Assembly: GCA_017626365.1 (NCBI GenBank)
Contig: JAGAIV010000021.1
Span: forward strand, 6,921-70,920
Source of the DNA: Clostridia bacterium
Lineage (GTDB): Bacteria > Bacillota > Clostridia > TANB77 > CAG-508
Direction of reading: 5' to 3'
DNA: 64,000 nt
Shown: piece after piece, positions 41,631 through 52,236 of the stretch
Layout: every line of letters begins with the position of its first letter
How positions within the stretch are numbered: the first letter of the stretch is position 1
Notes under the pieces: model-generated
Database searches by the model: none
Seen by the model: the letters and a program-made list of their open reading frames with translations, nothing else
What the model was told of the DNA's origin: nothing
Translations under genes and position numbers: made by a program

Positions 41631-42467
41631 GTGATTTTTTTGAAGATTACGGATGTAGATAAGTTAGCAAAAATAGCAAATGAAATTCGAATTGGCATTG
41701 TAAAAGAAGTGTATTATGGAAAATCTGGACATCCAGGAGGATCCCTATCTTGTGCTGATATTTTAACAGTTTTATATTTTAACCAAATGAATATTAATCC
41801 AGAACAACCAAATTCACCTAGCAGAGACCGTTTTGTTTTATCAAAAGGGCATGCATCTCCTGCACTTTATAGTACGCTTGCCGAAAGAGGATATTTTGAT
41901 AAAAAAGAGTTAGTTACTTTCCGTGGAATTGATAGTATTTTGCAAGGACATCCGGATATGAAACATATACCGGGAGTTGATATGTCTACTGGTTCATTGG
42001 GGCAAGGATTGTCTTGTGCTAATGGTATGGCATTGGCTTCTAAATTAAACAAAGATGGAAATCGCGTGTATTGTTTAGTTGGGGATGGCGAAATAGAAGA
42101 AGGACAAATTTGGGAAGCTGCTATGAGTGCTAGTCATTATAAACTAGATAATTTATGTGTGATTGTAGACAATAATAATTTGCAAATTGATGGTAGCATA
42201 GAAGAAGTAATGAGTTCTTATCCAATCAATTTTAAATTTGAAAGTTTTGGATTCAATGTGATAAATGTAGATGGACACAATACAGAAGAATTGATAGAGG
42301 CATTTAATAAAGCAAAAACAGTAAAAGGCAAACCAACTGCAATAATAGCAAAAACGATAAAGGGAAAAGGTGTAAGTTTTATGGAAAACCAAGTGGGATG
42401 GCATGGAAAAGCACCAAATGAGGAACAATACAAAATTGCTATGAAAGAACTAGGAGGTGAAATCTAA
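41631..42467 (+). CDS. Transketolase, N-terminal (TPP-binding) subunit
   Basis: GHPGGSLSCADIL...GDGEIEEGQIWEA. Confidence 0.85.
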   Translation: MIFLKITDVDKLAKIANEIRIGIVKEVYYGKSGHPGGSLSCADILTVLYFNQMNINPEQPNSPSRDRFVLSKGHASPALYSTLAERGYFDKKELVTFRGIDSILQGHPDMKHIPGVDMSTGSLGQGLSCANGMALASKLNKDGNRVYCLVGDGEIEEGQIWEAAMSASHYKLDNLCVIVDNNNLQIDGSIEEVMSSYPINFKFESFGFNVINVDGHNTEELIEAFNKAKTVKGKPTAIIAKTIKGKGVSFMENQVGWHGKAPNEEQYKIAMKELGGEI

Positions 42468-42468
42468 T

Positions 42469-43404
42469 ATGGATCTAGATATAAAAATTGCAACAAGAGA
42501 AAGTTATGGAGAAAAATTAGCTGAACTTGGTGAGAAAAATGATAAAATTGTTGTATTTGATGCAGACTTAGCAGAAGCTACGAAAACAATCATATTTAAA
42601 AAGAAATTTCCAAATCGCTTTTTTGATATGGGAATTGCAGAACAAGACATGGTTTCTACAGCAGCAGGAATGGCAACTTGTGGAATGATTCCCTTTGTTA
42701 GTACATTTGCTGTATTTGCAGCAGGAAGAGCATACGACCAAATTAGAAATAGTATTTGCTATCCAAAATTAAATGTAAAGATATGTGCAACACATAGCGG
42801 AGTATCAGTTGGAGAAGATGGAGCTACACATCAAATGCTAGAAGATTTAGGACTAATGAGAGGCTTACCTAATATGACGGTGTTAAGTGTATCAGATGAC
42901 ATACAAACCAAATGGGCAATCGAAGAAATTTTAAAAATAAATGGACCTGTTTATGTAAGATTAGGAAGACTAAAATCGCCAGTGATTTATAATGAGAATC
43001 AAAAATTTGAAATAGGAAAAGGGATTCAAATAGGAAATGGAAACGATGCAACTGTTATTGCTACAGGACTTATGGTATCAGAAGCAATTCTTGCAAAAGA
43101 AGAATTGGAAAAACAAGGTATAAATATACGAGTTGTAGACATTCATACAATTAAACCGATTGATAGAGAATTAATTGTAAAATGTGCAAAAGAAACAAAA
43201 CGAATCATAACGATAGAAGATCATAGTATTGTCGGAGGATTAGGAAGTGCAGTATGTGAAGTACTATCAGAAGAATATCCAACAAAAGTTACAAGAATGG
43301 GAATGAAGGATACTTTTGGAAAATCTGGTAAAGCTGAAAAACTATTAGATTATTTTGGATTAACTAAAGATGCTATTATAAAAGAAATAAAAAAAGACAT
43401 GTAA
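42469..43404 (+). CDS. Transketolase, C-terminal subunit
   Basis: MGIAEQDMVSTAAGMATCG. Confidence 0.85.
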   Translation: MDLDIKIATRESYGEKLAELGEKNDKIVVFDADLAEATKTIIFKKKFPNRFFDMGIAEQDMVSTAAGMATCGMIPFVSTFAVFAAGRAYDQIRNSICYPKLNVKICATHSGVSVGEDGATHQMLEDLGLMRGLPNMTVLSVSDDIQTKWAIEEILKINGPVYVRLGRLKSPVIYNENQKFEIGKGIQIGNGNDATVIATGLMVSEAILAKEELEKQGINIRVVDIHTIKPIDRELIVKCAKETKRIITIEDHSIVGGLGSAVCEVLSEEYPTKVTRMGMKDTFGKSGKAEKLLDYFGLTKDAIIKEIKKDM

Positions 43405-43569
43405 CAAAAACGTAATAAAAATTTAATAAAACTTAAAAAAGTGTGTAAAAGGTCAAAAAATGAACTTTTTATACACTTTTTTTCATATTTTACTATTGCA
43501 ATAAAATCATTTTATTGGTATGATTAAAAAGGATATATATAATAGGATAACTTTATATAGGAGAAAAAT

Positions 43570-44257
43570 ATGATTGAATTTAGAAATGTAAATAAAGTAT
43601 ATAACACAGGAACAGAAGCAGTACATAATGCTAATTTTACAATAGAAAAAGGTGAATTTGCATTCTTGGTAGGGTCTTCTGGTTCGCGGAAAATCAACGC
43701 TTATTAAATTAATTTTGAAAGAGGAGGAACCTACTTCTGGTAATATTATTATTAATGGAAAAGATACTACTTTCTTAAAGAAGAATCGTGTTCCATATTT
43801 ACGTAGAAGCATGGGAATTGTGTTCCAAGATTTTAGGTTATTACCAGATAAAACAGTATACGAAAATGTAGCATTTGCTATGTATATTGTAAAAGCATCT
43901 CCAAGACATATTAGAAGACAAGTTCCAATGGTGTTATCATTAGTTGGATTAAGTGGAAAAGCCAAAATGTATCCAAATGAATTATCAGGAGGAGAACAAC
44001 AAAGAGTGGCTCTTGCAAGAGCACTTGTCAATAATCCATCAATGCTAATTGCAGATGAACCAACAGGAAATCTAGATCCAGATACTGCATGGGATATTAT
44101 GATGTTGTTAAACGAAATCAATATGAGAGGAACAACAGTAATTGTTGCAACTCACGCAAAAGATATTGTTGACCGAATGAAAAAAAGAGTAATTCAAATC
44201 AACAAAGGTAATATCGTAAGAGATGATAAAAAAGGTGGTTATGACAGTGAAGTATAA
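43570..44257 (+). CDS. ftsE: Cell-division ABC ATPase FtsE, with an apparent +1 break at in-frame CGG 43687 inside the Walker A motif
   Basis: Frame 0 reads GSSGSRKINAY then stops. Skipping the C restores GSSGSGKSTLIKLILKEEEPTSG. LSGGEQQR signature lies downstream. Confidence 0.75.
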
Positions 44258-45149
44258 TGTAGTAAGTTATTTGATAGGAGAAGGTTTTAGAAATGTATTA
44301 AAAAATAAAAAATCTACAATATCAGCAATAACTGTTATGTTTTTGTGTATGATTATTTTTGGTGTGTTTTTTATATTAGGAGAAAACATTAATCATATTA
44401 TGAATACAGTAGAAGAAGCACAAGGCGTGCAAGTCTATTTCAAAGTAGGAACAAAAGAAGAAAGAATGAAAGAGGTTGGCGAGCAAATTAAAAATATTGA
44501 TGGAGTTAATAATGTTCAATTTGTTTCAAAAGAAGAAGGAATGAATGAACTAAAAGAAAGCTATAAAGACAATGCAAGCGCGTTGGAAGGCATGTCTAGT
44601 GACTTCTTGCCAGATTCTTATCGAGTAACTTTATCAAAATTGGAGTTAAACGAACAAATTCAGGAACAAATAACAGCAATTGTAGGAGAAGACTTAGACG
44701 AAATAAAAAGTAGCAATGAAACTATTTCCACGATCATGAAAATTGGAAATGGAATACGAATTTTTACATTTGTTTTATTAATAATCTTAATCTTATTTGC
44801 AGTTGTTATTATTTCAAATACTATTAAACTTACGGTACATGCAAGGAGAAAAGAAATATCCATTATGAAATATGTAGGAGCAACGAACAGTTTTATTCGA
44901 GGACCTTTTATAGTAGAAGGAATATTGATTGGATTAATATCTGCTTTGATTGCGATTTTAATAGTCGGCTTTATTTATAATGGTATGATACCAAATTTAG
45001 AACAATCTGAAATTGTAAAAAAATTAGAAATTACATTTGTTACCTTTACTGACATGTTCCGATTACTAATTGCTGTATACTTAGTATTAGGAATTGGAAT
45101 TGGAGTAATCGGAAGTAGCATATCAATGAGAAAATATTTAGAAGTATAG
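44241..45149 (+). CDS. ftsX: Cell-division permease FtsX
   Basis: Overlaps the ftsE stop; 4 TM segments with an extracellular loop. Confidence 0.8.
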   Translation: MTVKYNVVSYLIGEGFRNVLKNKKSTISAITVMFLCMIIFGVFFILGENINHIMNTVEEAQGVQVYFKVGTKEERMKEVGEQIKNIDGVNNVQFVSKEEGMNELKESYKDNASALEGMSSDFLPDSYRVTLSKLELNEQIQEQITAIVGEDLDEIKSSNETISTIMKIGNGIRIFTFVLLIILILFAVVIISNTIKLTVHARRKEISIMKYVGATNSFIRGPFIVEGILIGLISALIAILIVGFIYNGMIPNLEQSEIVKKLEITFVTFTDMFRLLIAVYLVLGIGIGVIGSSISMRKYLEV

Positions 45150-45161
45150 GAGGTTTAATAT

Positions 45162-46310
45162 ATGAGAAGAAAAATACTTGCTATTATCAGTATAATTATA
45201 GTTTGCTTTAGTATGAACTTATATACATTTGCAACCTCTGTAACAGATTTGCAAAACCAGAAAAATGAAGCAGCAAATAGTAAAAGTGATGCACAACAAG
45301 AATTAAAAGAAGTACAAGCAGAAAAAAATGAAACACTATCAGCAATAGAAGAACTTAGTACTCAAATATCAGAAAGCCAAGCAGAATTAGATAAGCTAAA
45401 TGCAGAAGTAAAAGAATTAGAAGCTTCTATTAAACAGACAGAAGTAGAATTAGCAGAAGCACAAAAAAGACAAGAAGAACAACAAAAGGCGCTAGAAGAA
45501 AGAATTATAGCACAATATAAATCTGGTTCTATTTCTTATTGGGATATTTTATTAAGTCCAGAAAGTCCATTGAAATTTATTTCAAATTTACATATGTTTG
45601 ATAAAATTGCAAAATATGATAATGACTTGATTGCATCAATTGAAAAAGAAAAAGAAACAATTCAAGCAAATCAAGATAAATTAGAGGAACAAAAAGCAAA
45701 AGTAAAAACAGCAAAAGCAAATGTAGAAAAAGAAAATGTAAAATTAAAAAATGCAAAAATGGTAAAGAATAGTAAAGTAGCACAATTATCAGAACAAGAA
45801 AAATCAATACAAGAACAAATTGAACAATATGATAAAATGATGAGTGAATTAGCAATAAAGATTAATGCAGCTCAAAAGGCTAACAGTAGTAATGGGACAA
45901 GTTCAGTAACATATAACGGGGTTATGGCATGGCCGGTACCAAGTTCTAGTAAAATAACGTCTTATTTTGGATATCGAATCCATCCAATTTACCATGTTAA
46001 TAAGTTACATGCAGGAATCGATATTGGTGGAGCAGATTGGGGAGCACCATTTGTAGCAGCAGATGATGGAACCGTTATTTTAGCTAGATATTATGGAGGA
46101 TATGGCAATTGTGTTATTATAGATCATGGTGGAGGAGTTAGTACATTATATGGACATGGTTCCGCAATCTATGTAAAAGAAGGACAGAAAGTAACACGAG
46201 GACAAAACGTATTAGCAATTGGTTCAAGCGGTACATCTACTGGAAAACATGCTCATTTTGAAGTAAGAATAAACGGAAGCCCTGTAGACCCATTACCATA
46301 TATTACATAA
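45162..46310 (+). CDS. Coiled-coil M23 (LytM) peptidoglycan endopeptidase
   Basis: HAGIDIGG...HFEV; long coiled coil; downstream of ftsEX. Confidence 0.8.
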   Translation: MRRKILAIISIIIVCFSMNLYTFATSVTDLQNQKNEAANSKSDAQQELKEVQAEKNETLSAIEELSTQISESQAELDKLNAEVKELEASIKQTEVELAEAQKRQEEQQKALEERIIAQYKSGSISYWDILLSPESPLKFISNLHMFDKIAKYDNDLIASIEKEKETIQANQDKLEEQKAKVKTAKANVEKENVKLKNAKMVKNSKVAQLSEQEKSIQEQIEQYDKMMSELAIKINAAQKANSSNGTSSVTYNGVMAWPVPSSSKITSYFGYRIHPIYHVNKLHAGIDIGGADWGAPFVAADDGTVILARYYGGYGNCVIIDHGGGVSTLYGHGSAIYVKEGQKVTRGQNVLAIGSSGTSTGKHAHFEVRINGSPVDPLPYIT

Positions 46311-46330
46311 CGAATATAAAAAAGAAATTA

Positions 46331-46372
46331 GAACGAAAAATGAAAATAACGTTCTAATTTCTTCTTGTTTAT
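46331..46372 (+). terminator. 14-bp hairpin AAGAAATTAGAACG...CGTTCTAATTTCTT
   Basis: Perfect stem followed by a T-rich tract. Confidence 0.6.
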
Positions 46373-46507
46373 TTATAAAATGTAAGAGGAAACAAAAGAC
46401 TTTAATGAAAAAGTCTAATATTATTTTGTGAAATTTTTATGAAATTATACTATAAATTTAAATTTATAGTATAATAAAAAAGAAAAATACAAAAGTGGGA
46501 GGAAAAA

Positions 46508-47716
46508 ATGGATTTAAATAAAAGACAAAAAGTTTATAAAGTGATTATGCTTGTTGTAATAGTTGCAACAATTACATTTATAGCAACAACATTATTAATG
46601 TATCAACATATTGGAGGAAATGTAAGATATGTTACTGTTTCTTCTAATGATGGAGGAATTTCAAGTACTCTTGCAAGTTTTAGAAAAATTATTGACCAAA
46701 AATTCTTAGGCGATATTGACGAAGAAAAAGTAATGCAAGAAACTATACGCGGTTATATAAAAGGACTAGACGATCCATATACTGAATATATGACAAAAGA
46801 AGAAATGCAAGAATTTACAGCAGATGTTATGGGAAATTTCACTGGAATTGGAGTTTATTTAACAAAAGATAGTCAGAAGAATGCAGTTGTTGTAATTTCT
46901 CCAATTAAAGATACACCAGCGCATAAAGCAGGTATTTTACCAGGAGATATTATTACAAAAGTAGATGGAGTATCATATACAGGTGAACAATTAACAGAAG
47001 CATCAAACAAAATAAGAGGTGAATTGGGAACAAAAGTAAAACTTGAAATTATAAGAGATAATAAAACGTTGGAATTTGAAATTACAAGAGAAAACATAAA
47101 AATAAATCATGTGGAAGAAAAAGTATTAGAAAATAATATTGGATATATAGAGTTTAATTCTTTTGATGAAGGTTGTAGTGAAGAATTTAAAGAAAAATTA
47201 GAAGAATTAAAAAACAAAAATATAACATCACTAATTATAGATATTCGTAATAATGGTGGAGGACTAGTAGATGAAGCATTAGAAATTGCAGATTACATAG
47301 TAGAAAAAGATAAAACTTTATTAATAACAGTAGATAAAAATAATAATGAAAATATTACAAAATCAAAAAAAGATCCAATAATCGATGTGCCAATTGTCTT
47401 ATTAATAAATGAAAATTCAGCAAGTGCATCTGAAATATTGGCAGGAGCTTTAAAAGATAATGGAAAAGCAACAATAGTAGGAGAAAAAAGCTATGGAAAA
47501 GGAGTAATACAAGAGCTGTTAACATTAACCGATGGTAGTGGATTAAAAATTACAACAAATGAGTATTTTACACCAAATAGAAATAAAATTAATGAAATAG
47601 GAATTACACCAGATATAGAAGTTGTTTTAAGCGATGAATTAAAGCAACAATTAGTAATTGAAGAAAAAGATGATACACAATTACAAAAGGCAATTGAGAC
47701 AGTAAAACAAAAATAG
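46508..47716 (+). CDS. C-terminal processing peptidase (S41) with PDZ domain
   Basis: FTGIGVYL...PGDIITKVDG...NGGGLVDEA. Confidence 0.85.
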   Translation: MDLNKRQKVYKVIMLVVIVATITFIATTLLMYQHIGGNVRYVTVSSNDGGISSTLASFRKIIDQKFLGDIDEEKVMQETIRGYIKGLDDPYTEYMTKEEMQEFTADVMGNFTGIGVYLTKDSQKNAVVVISPIKDTPAHKAGILPGDIITKVDGVSYTGEQLTEASNKIRGELGTKVKLEIIRDNKTLEFEITRENIKINHVEEKVLENNIGYIEFNSFDEGCSEEFKEKLEELKNKNITSLIIDIRNNGGGLVDEALEIADYIVEKDKTLLITVDKNNNENITKSKKDPIIDVPIVLLINENSASASEILAGALKDNGKATIVGEKSYGKGVIQELLTLTDGSGLKITTNEYFTPNRNKINEIGITPDIEVVLSDELKQQLVIEEKDDTQLQKAIETVKQK

Positions 47717-47841
47717 TATAATATGATGTAAGGGTTGCATGCTATGCAACTCTTACATTTAAAAATAATTGCAAAAAATTAAAAAAAGTATTGACAACTT
47801 TATTAAAATTTAGTATACTAAGCAATGTCGAAAAGATAAAT

Positions 47842-47917
47842 GGTCGCTTAGCTCAGCTGGGAGAGCATCTGCCTTACAAGCAGGGGGTCATAGGTTCGAG
47901 CCCTATAGCGACCACCA
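47842..47917 (+). tRNA. tRNA-Val (TAC)
   Basis: Cloverleaf with anticodon loop cTTACaa; ends in CCA. Confidence 0.85.
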
Positions 47918-47924
47918 TTTTTTA

Positions 47925-48001
47925 CGGCCTGGTAGTTCAGTTGGTTAGAACGCTAGCCTGTCACGCTAGAGGTCGACGGTTCGAGCCCGTTCCAGGTCGC
48001 C
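47925..48001 (+). tRNA. tRNA-Asp (GTC)
   Basis: Anticodon loop cTGTCAcg; ends in CCA. Confidence 0.85.
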
Positions 48002-48015
48002 ATTTTTTTGTATAT

Positions 48016-48038
48016 GCCTCGATAGCTCAGTTGGTAGA
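48016..48038 (+). pseudogene. tRNA-Phe 5' fragment
   Basis: 27 nt identical to the start of tRNA-Phe, including 7 upstream nt; diverges after the D-arm. Confidence 0.6.
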
Positions 48039-48153
48039 TGCTGAGACTGTTGGAGCAAAGCGACTTACAGTGTCAGTATGCGTAACGAAGTGAAGCAGCA
48101 TGCGACAGTTAAGGTAGAAAGCAAAAAAATGCTAAAAATTAAATAAAACATAT

Positions 48154-48229
48154 GCCTCGATAGCTCAGTTGGTAGAGCAAGGGACTGAAAATCCCTGTGT
48201 CACTGGTTCGATTCCCGTTCGAGGCACCA
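48154..48229 (+). tRNA. tRNA-Phe (GAA)
   Basis: Anticodon loop cTGAAAa; one T-stem mismatch; ends in CCA. Confidence 0.8.
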
Positions 48230-48446
48230 AAATTTGCCTTACGGCAAGAGTGAAAAACAAAAAGTGAATAGTTAAAAGTATCTAGCTTAGTCGAAGTAGA
48301 AAATTAATAAGCAATATTGTACTTTTAACTATTCGCTTTTTATTTTCTATTAAAGCACAAAAAAATAGCTAAATATGCTTTTTTTTATATATTTTTGTGC
48401 TATAATATATAGGTAACTAAATATAACTTTGCTAATGGAGGTTTAT

Positions 48447-48803
48447 ATGAGTGAAAGAAAGCAATTAAGGAAACATGATGTTTCAAAGGCAGCAGAAGAT
48501 ATGGCTACTACCATAATAACAGAATTAGAACACAAGATGCGGGTAGAACAATATAGGGTTAATGCTATTGAGGTTATTGTTTCTGCAGAACCCATAAGAG
48601 ACCTTGAGATTATTCAGTACAATACCAATAAAATGGAGTATCAATTGGCATGTGTAATACAGGACACATGCGCTAACCTTCTTTTTTATAATGATAAAAT
48701 GGCTAGAAAGCATGCTTACAAAAAAATGATACTTTCTTCTATGAAATTAGATGATTATGAAAAGATGGTAGAAAGCTTCTTGGAAATGGTTATTGTGTAT
48801 TAG
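48447..48803 (+). CDS. Hypothetical protein. In-frame CGG at 48540 is read through as Arg.
   Basis: RBS ggagg; 118 aa. Confidence 0.5.
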   Translation: MSERKQLRKHDVSKAAEDMATTIITELEHKMRVEQYRVNAIEVIVSAEPIRDLEIIQYNTNKMEYQLACVIQDTCANLLFYNDKMARKHAYKKMILSSMKLDDYEKMVESFLEMVIVY

Positions 48804-48961
48804 TTTTTTTACGCTTTTCCTGTAGCAAAGGGGAAAAGAACAAGTGGAAGGCATATAAAAATGTCTTCTACTTTTATTTTAAATTTCAAAAATTGGCTAT
48901 TATAAATTATATTAAATTGCAAATGATATAAATATAGTACGTAAAAAGGAGGTAATTTATA

Positions 48962-49324
48962 ATGGAAAATTCTGAAAATGAGGAAAAAAAAGAAAGACAA
49001 GTTGATAATCTAATCAACTTAGTAGAAAATCATACTAGAACGAAGAGACACTTAGAACAATATTCTCATATTGGAAATCCTGAAAACAAGGAAAATGCTA
49101 GAGAAAAACAGAAAGTTCGAAAGGAACAAATACAGGAATTAAAAGAACAATTAACAAGTAATGATACAAAAACAAGAGAAGAACAATTAGAAGATTTAAA
49201 AGAACAGTATGAAAGTGTACAAAATTATATAGAACATAATGAATCTAAAATGAATCCAGAAGAATTACAAAATTTAGAAGAAAAACAAGAAAATAGAAGA
49301 ATTCAAATAGAAAATTTAGAATAA
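48962..49324 (+). CDS. Highly charged Glu/Lys/Gln-rich small protein; possibly a Tlp-like spore protein
   Basis: Composition and size only; RBS aaaggagg; terminator follows. Confidence 0.3.
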   Translation: MENSENEEKKERQVDNLINLVENHTRTKRHLEQYSHIGNPENKENAREKQKVRKEQIQELKEQLTSNDTKTREEQLEDLKEQYESVQNYIEHNESKMNPEELQNLEEKQENRRIQIENLE

Positions 49325-49327
49325 GTA

Positions 49328-49358
49328 TAGGCCTGCGTAGGAATACGCAGGCATTTTT
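49328..49358 (+). terminator. Hairpin GCCTGCGTA-ggaa-TACGCAGGC followed by ATTTTT
   Basis: 9-bp stem. Confidence 0.7.
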
Positions 49359-49497
49359 ACAAACTACATAAATAAAACCATTAAAAATGAAAAACTTTCC
49401 AATAAATTCTTGCTATTTTTAGAATAGTATTGTATGATATTATAAGTGAAAAAGAACTTAAAAATGTATAAAGTATTGAAAGGGGCAATAGACGAAG

Positions 49498-49896
49498 ATG
49501 AAAAAAATTATACTTACATTATTTGTTGTCTTAAGTATATTTTCCGTAGGAGCAGTTTATGCTAGTAGCGATAACGTTTTAGGAGAATCAACAGCGGGAC
49601 AAATTATACAAATAAAAGAAAAACAATTAAATGAATTAAAAGATTATACTGAAGCCTATGGGTCAGAGGCCTATGGATTTACGGCATATTTATTAAATAA
49701 AGTCCGTATTTATAGTATACCACTTTGCTTTGTGGGAATAGCAGTAGGTGCTATTTGGCAATATGTAATAGGTATTCGTAAATTAGATGTTCATGATAGA
49801 GGTTTATTCCTAATTATAGGATTTGTTACCATATTTGTTATCTGCCAAGTATTACCATTGGTATTTGCTATTGTTGTAAAAGGATTTAGAAATTAA
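49498..49896 (+). CDS. Membrane protein with signal peptide
   Basis: Signal peptide plus 2 TM segments. Confidence 0.5.
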   Translation: MKKIILTLFVVLSIFSVGAVYASSDNVLGESTAGQIIQIKEKQLNELKDYTEAYGSEAYGFTAYLLNKVRIYSIPLCFVGIAVGAIWQYVIGIRKLDVHDRGLFLIIGFVTIFVICQVLPLVFAIVVKGFRN

Positions 49897-49916
49897 TTAA
49901 TTTGGAGGAATCACAA

Positions 49917-52209
49917 ATGAAAGTATTATTTGCAGTTAGTAATGAAAGTATATCAGATTCAATTGTAAAAAAATATCAAAAAGATTATAAGGAAATTATT
50001 TCTTATAAGAATGTTTATTACTTTAATGCAATACAAAAAGAAATACGGAAGAGACAAAACGTATGACAGAATTGTCATTAGTGAAGATTTAGAGCCGTTT
50101 GCCAATAATGATTATGAAGCAATTGACCGTTTTATATTTGATAAATTAGACAATATTAGTGATGAAGCAACTGATAATAATGGAGAAGATACTCCTATTA
50201 TCTTAATTTGTTCGGATAGACGTACAAAATCAGAACAATTATTAGTAAAATTATTTGGTATTGGAGTCTATAATGCTTTATTAGGACAAGATAGAAGTAT
50301 TGAAGAAGTATGTAAATTAATTCGTAAGCCACGTACAAAGAAAGAAGCAAAAATATATTATAAAATAGAATCCGAAGATGTTAACTATCAGGCAGAATCT
50401 GAAGATACAGTTAGTGAAGTGGAAATTCAAAATATTCGTGCACATTACCGCAAGCTTGGAAAAAATGAAGAGGCTTATGTAGAAAGTTTTAATAATATTG
50501 CTTCACAATATACAGATGCACAATTAAAAATCATTGTAAAATTTTTACCATTAAATGTAAGAGCAGTTCTTGAAAGAGATTCTAGCAAATACCAATATAT
50601 AATGGCATTTTCAGGACAATTACCAAAAACAGAAACAAAAAAGGCGCCCGAGAAAAAAGAAGATGCTTTAAAAATTGATTTTATTGAAAATCAATTAAAT
50701 AAACAAAAACTAACAAAACCAGTAATTGTTCCATCAGCAGTAAATACAAAAAATGTAAAAAAATTGAGTACAAAACCAGTGGAACATACACAAAATCGAG
50801 TAGAAAAAATACAAGAAAATAAAATTCCAGAGGAAAAAGTACAAGAAATAACACCGGTTAATATATTTGAACTAGATGAGGAAGAAGAAAAAGAGCCAGT
50901 TGTAGAACCAGTAAAAAGAGGAAGAGGAAGACCAAAGAAAATTGTTTCCGAAGAAGAACAAGAAAAAGTGCAAATGCCAAAAAGAGGAAGAGGAAGACCG
51001 AAAAAAATTGTAGAACCAGTGGAAGTAGAAGAAAATGAGAAATCTTCACAAGGTTTTAATTTGTTTGAATTAGGTGAAGAAGAGCCTTCACAAGATACAA
51101 AAGTTAGCATATTGCCAGGCTTTGATGATGATGATGAACCACAATCAGTACCTTCACAAAGTGCTGTATTACCAGGATTAGAAGAAGAGGAAAATTACCA
51201 AGCAAATCAAGAACAGCAAATAGAAAATAATTTTCAAATGACTAATAATAGTGTTTATACTGATACAGGTCACTATAATAATACAATGGAAAGTAATTTA
51301 TATCGAAATGAAATTACAAAACCTAATATGCAAAGTATTAATCTTGAAAACTTATTAACACAAGATAAAAAAATTGTTTCTTTCGTAGGAACAAGTAAAA
51401 ATGGAACATCTTTCTTAGTAAACAATTTAGCTGAATTGTTCTCATCTATGGGAATTCATACAGCAATCTTAGATATGACAAAAAATAAAAATTCATATTT
51501 TATTTATACAAAAAATGAAGAAGAATTAAGAAAAGTAGCAATTAACTGTATGGAAAATCTTGCAAATGGAGTACCAGCAGGAATTCAAGTAAATAATCAT
51601 CTAGCAGTATATACTTCACTTCCATCTGAACAAGAACCAGAAAATATAGAAGCGATGTTAGCAACTCTTGTAAAAAATTATTCTTTGGTATTAATTGATT
51701 CTGATTTTGAAACGCCGCTTGAATTTTTTGACCAGGCACAAGAAATTTATTTAGTACAAAGTATGGATATTTTAACCATTCAACCATTAACAGCGTTTTT
51801 AAGAGACTTAAAAGCAAAAAATATTTTAGCACAAGAAAAATTAAAAATTGTTATAAATAAGTATACAAAAATTAGAGGATTAAATTCTAAGGTTATTATT
51901 GGAGGAATGGCATATTATAATGATCCATCTATGTCATTTATGACAGAACTATTTAATAAAGATAGCATCAAATATACTAATATTCCATTTGATGAAGGTG
52001 TATATACAAGATACTTAGAAGGACTTGTTAATTGTAAAATATCATTAAGTGGTTATGAAAAGAATTTTATGATAGCATTAAAAGAATTAGGAAATATGGT
52101 ATATCCATTATTAAATAATAAATATAGACCAGTAGAAAGTTATCAAAGCAAACCTACTTTTTCTTCAAAAATGAATAGTACATTAGAACAAATGAAAAAG
52201 AATTATTAA
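49917..52209 (+). CDS. TadZ/CpaE-like protein with three parts. N-terminal receiver-like domain; central low-complexity region with two AT-hooks (KRGRGRPKKIV); C-terminal MinD/ParA-like domain with a degenerate Walker A. Apparent +1 break at in-frame CGG 50046.
   Basis: MKVLFAVSNESISDSIVKKY...KEI(R>G)RDKTYDRIVISEDLEP. VSFVGTSKNGTSFLVNNLAEL replaces the KGGxGKT motif. Confidence 0.55.
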
Positions 52210-52236
52210 AAAATAATAAAATGAGGTGAAAGAAAA

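Noticed and set aside
47791-48093. 100-aa ORF spanning the tRNA cluster
   Set aside because: It overlaps three tRNA genes and has no RBS, so it is spurious.
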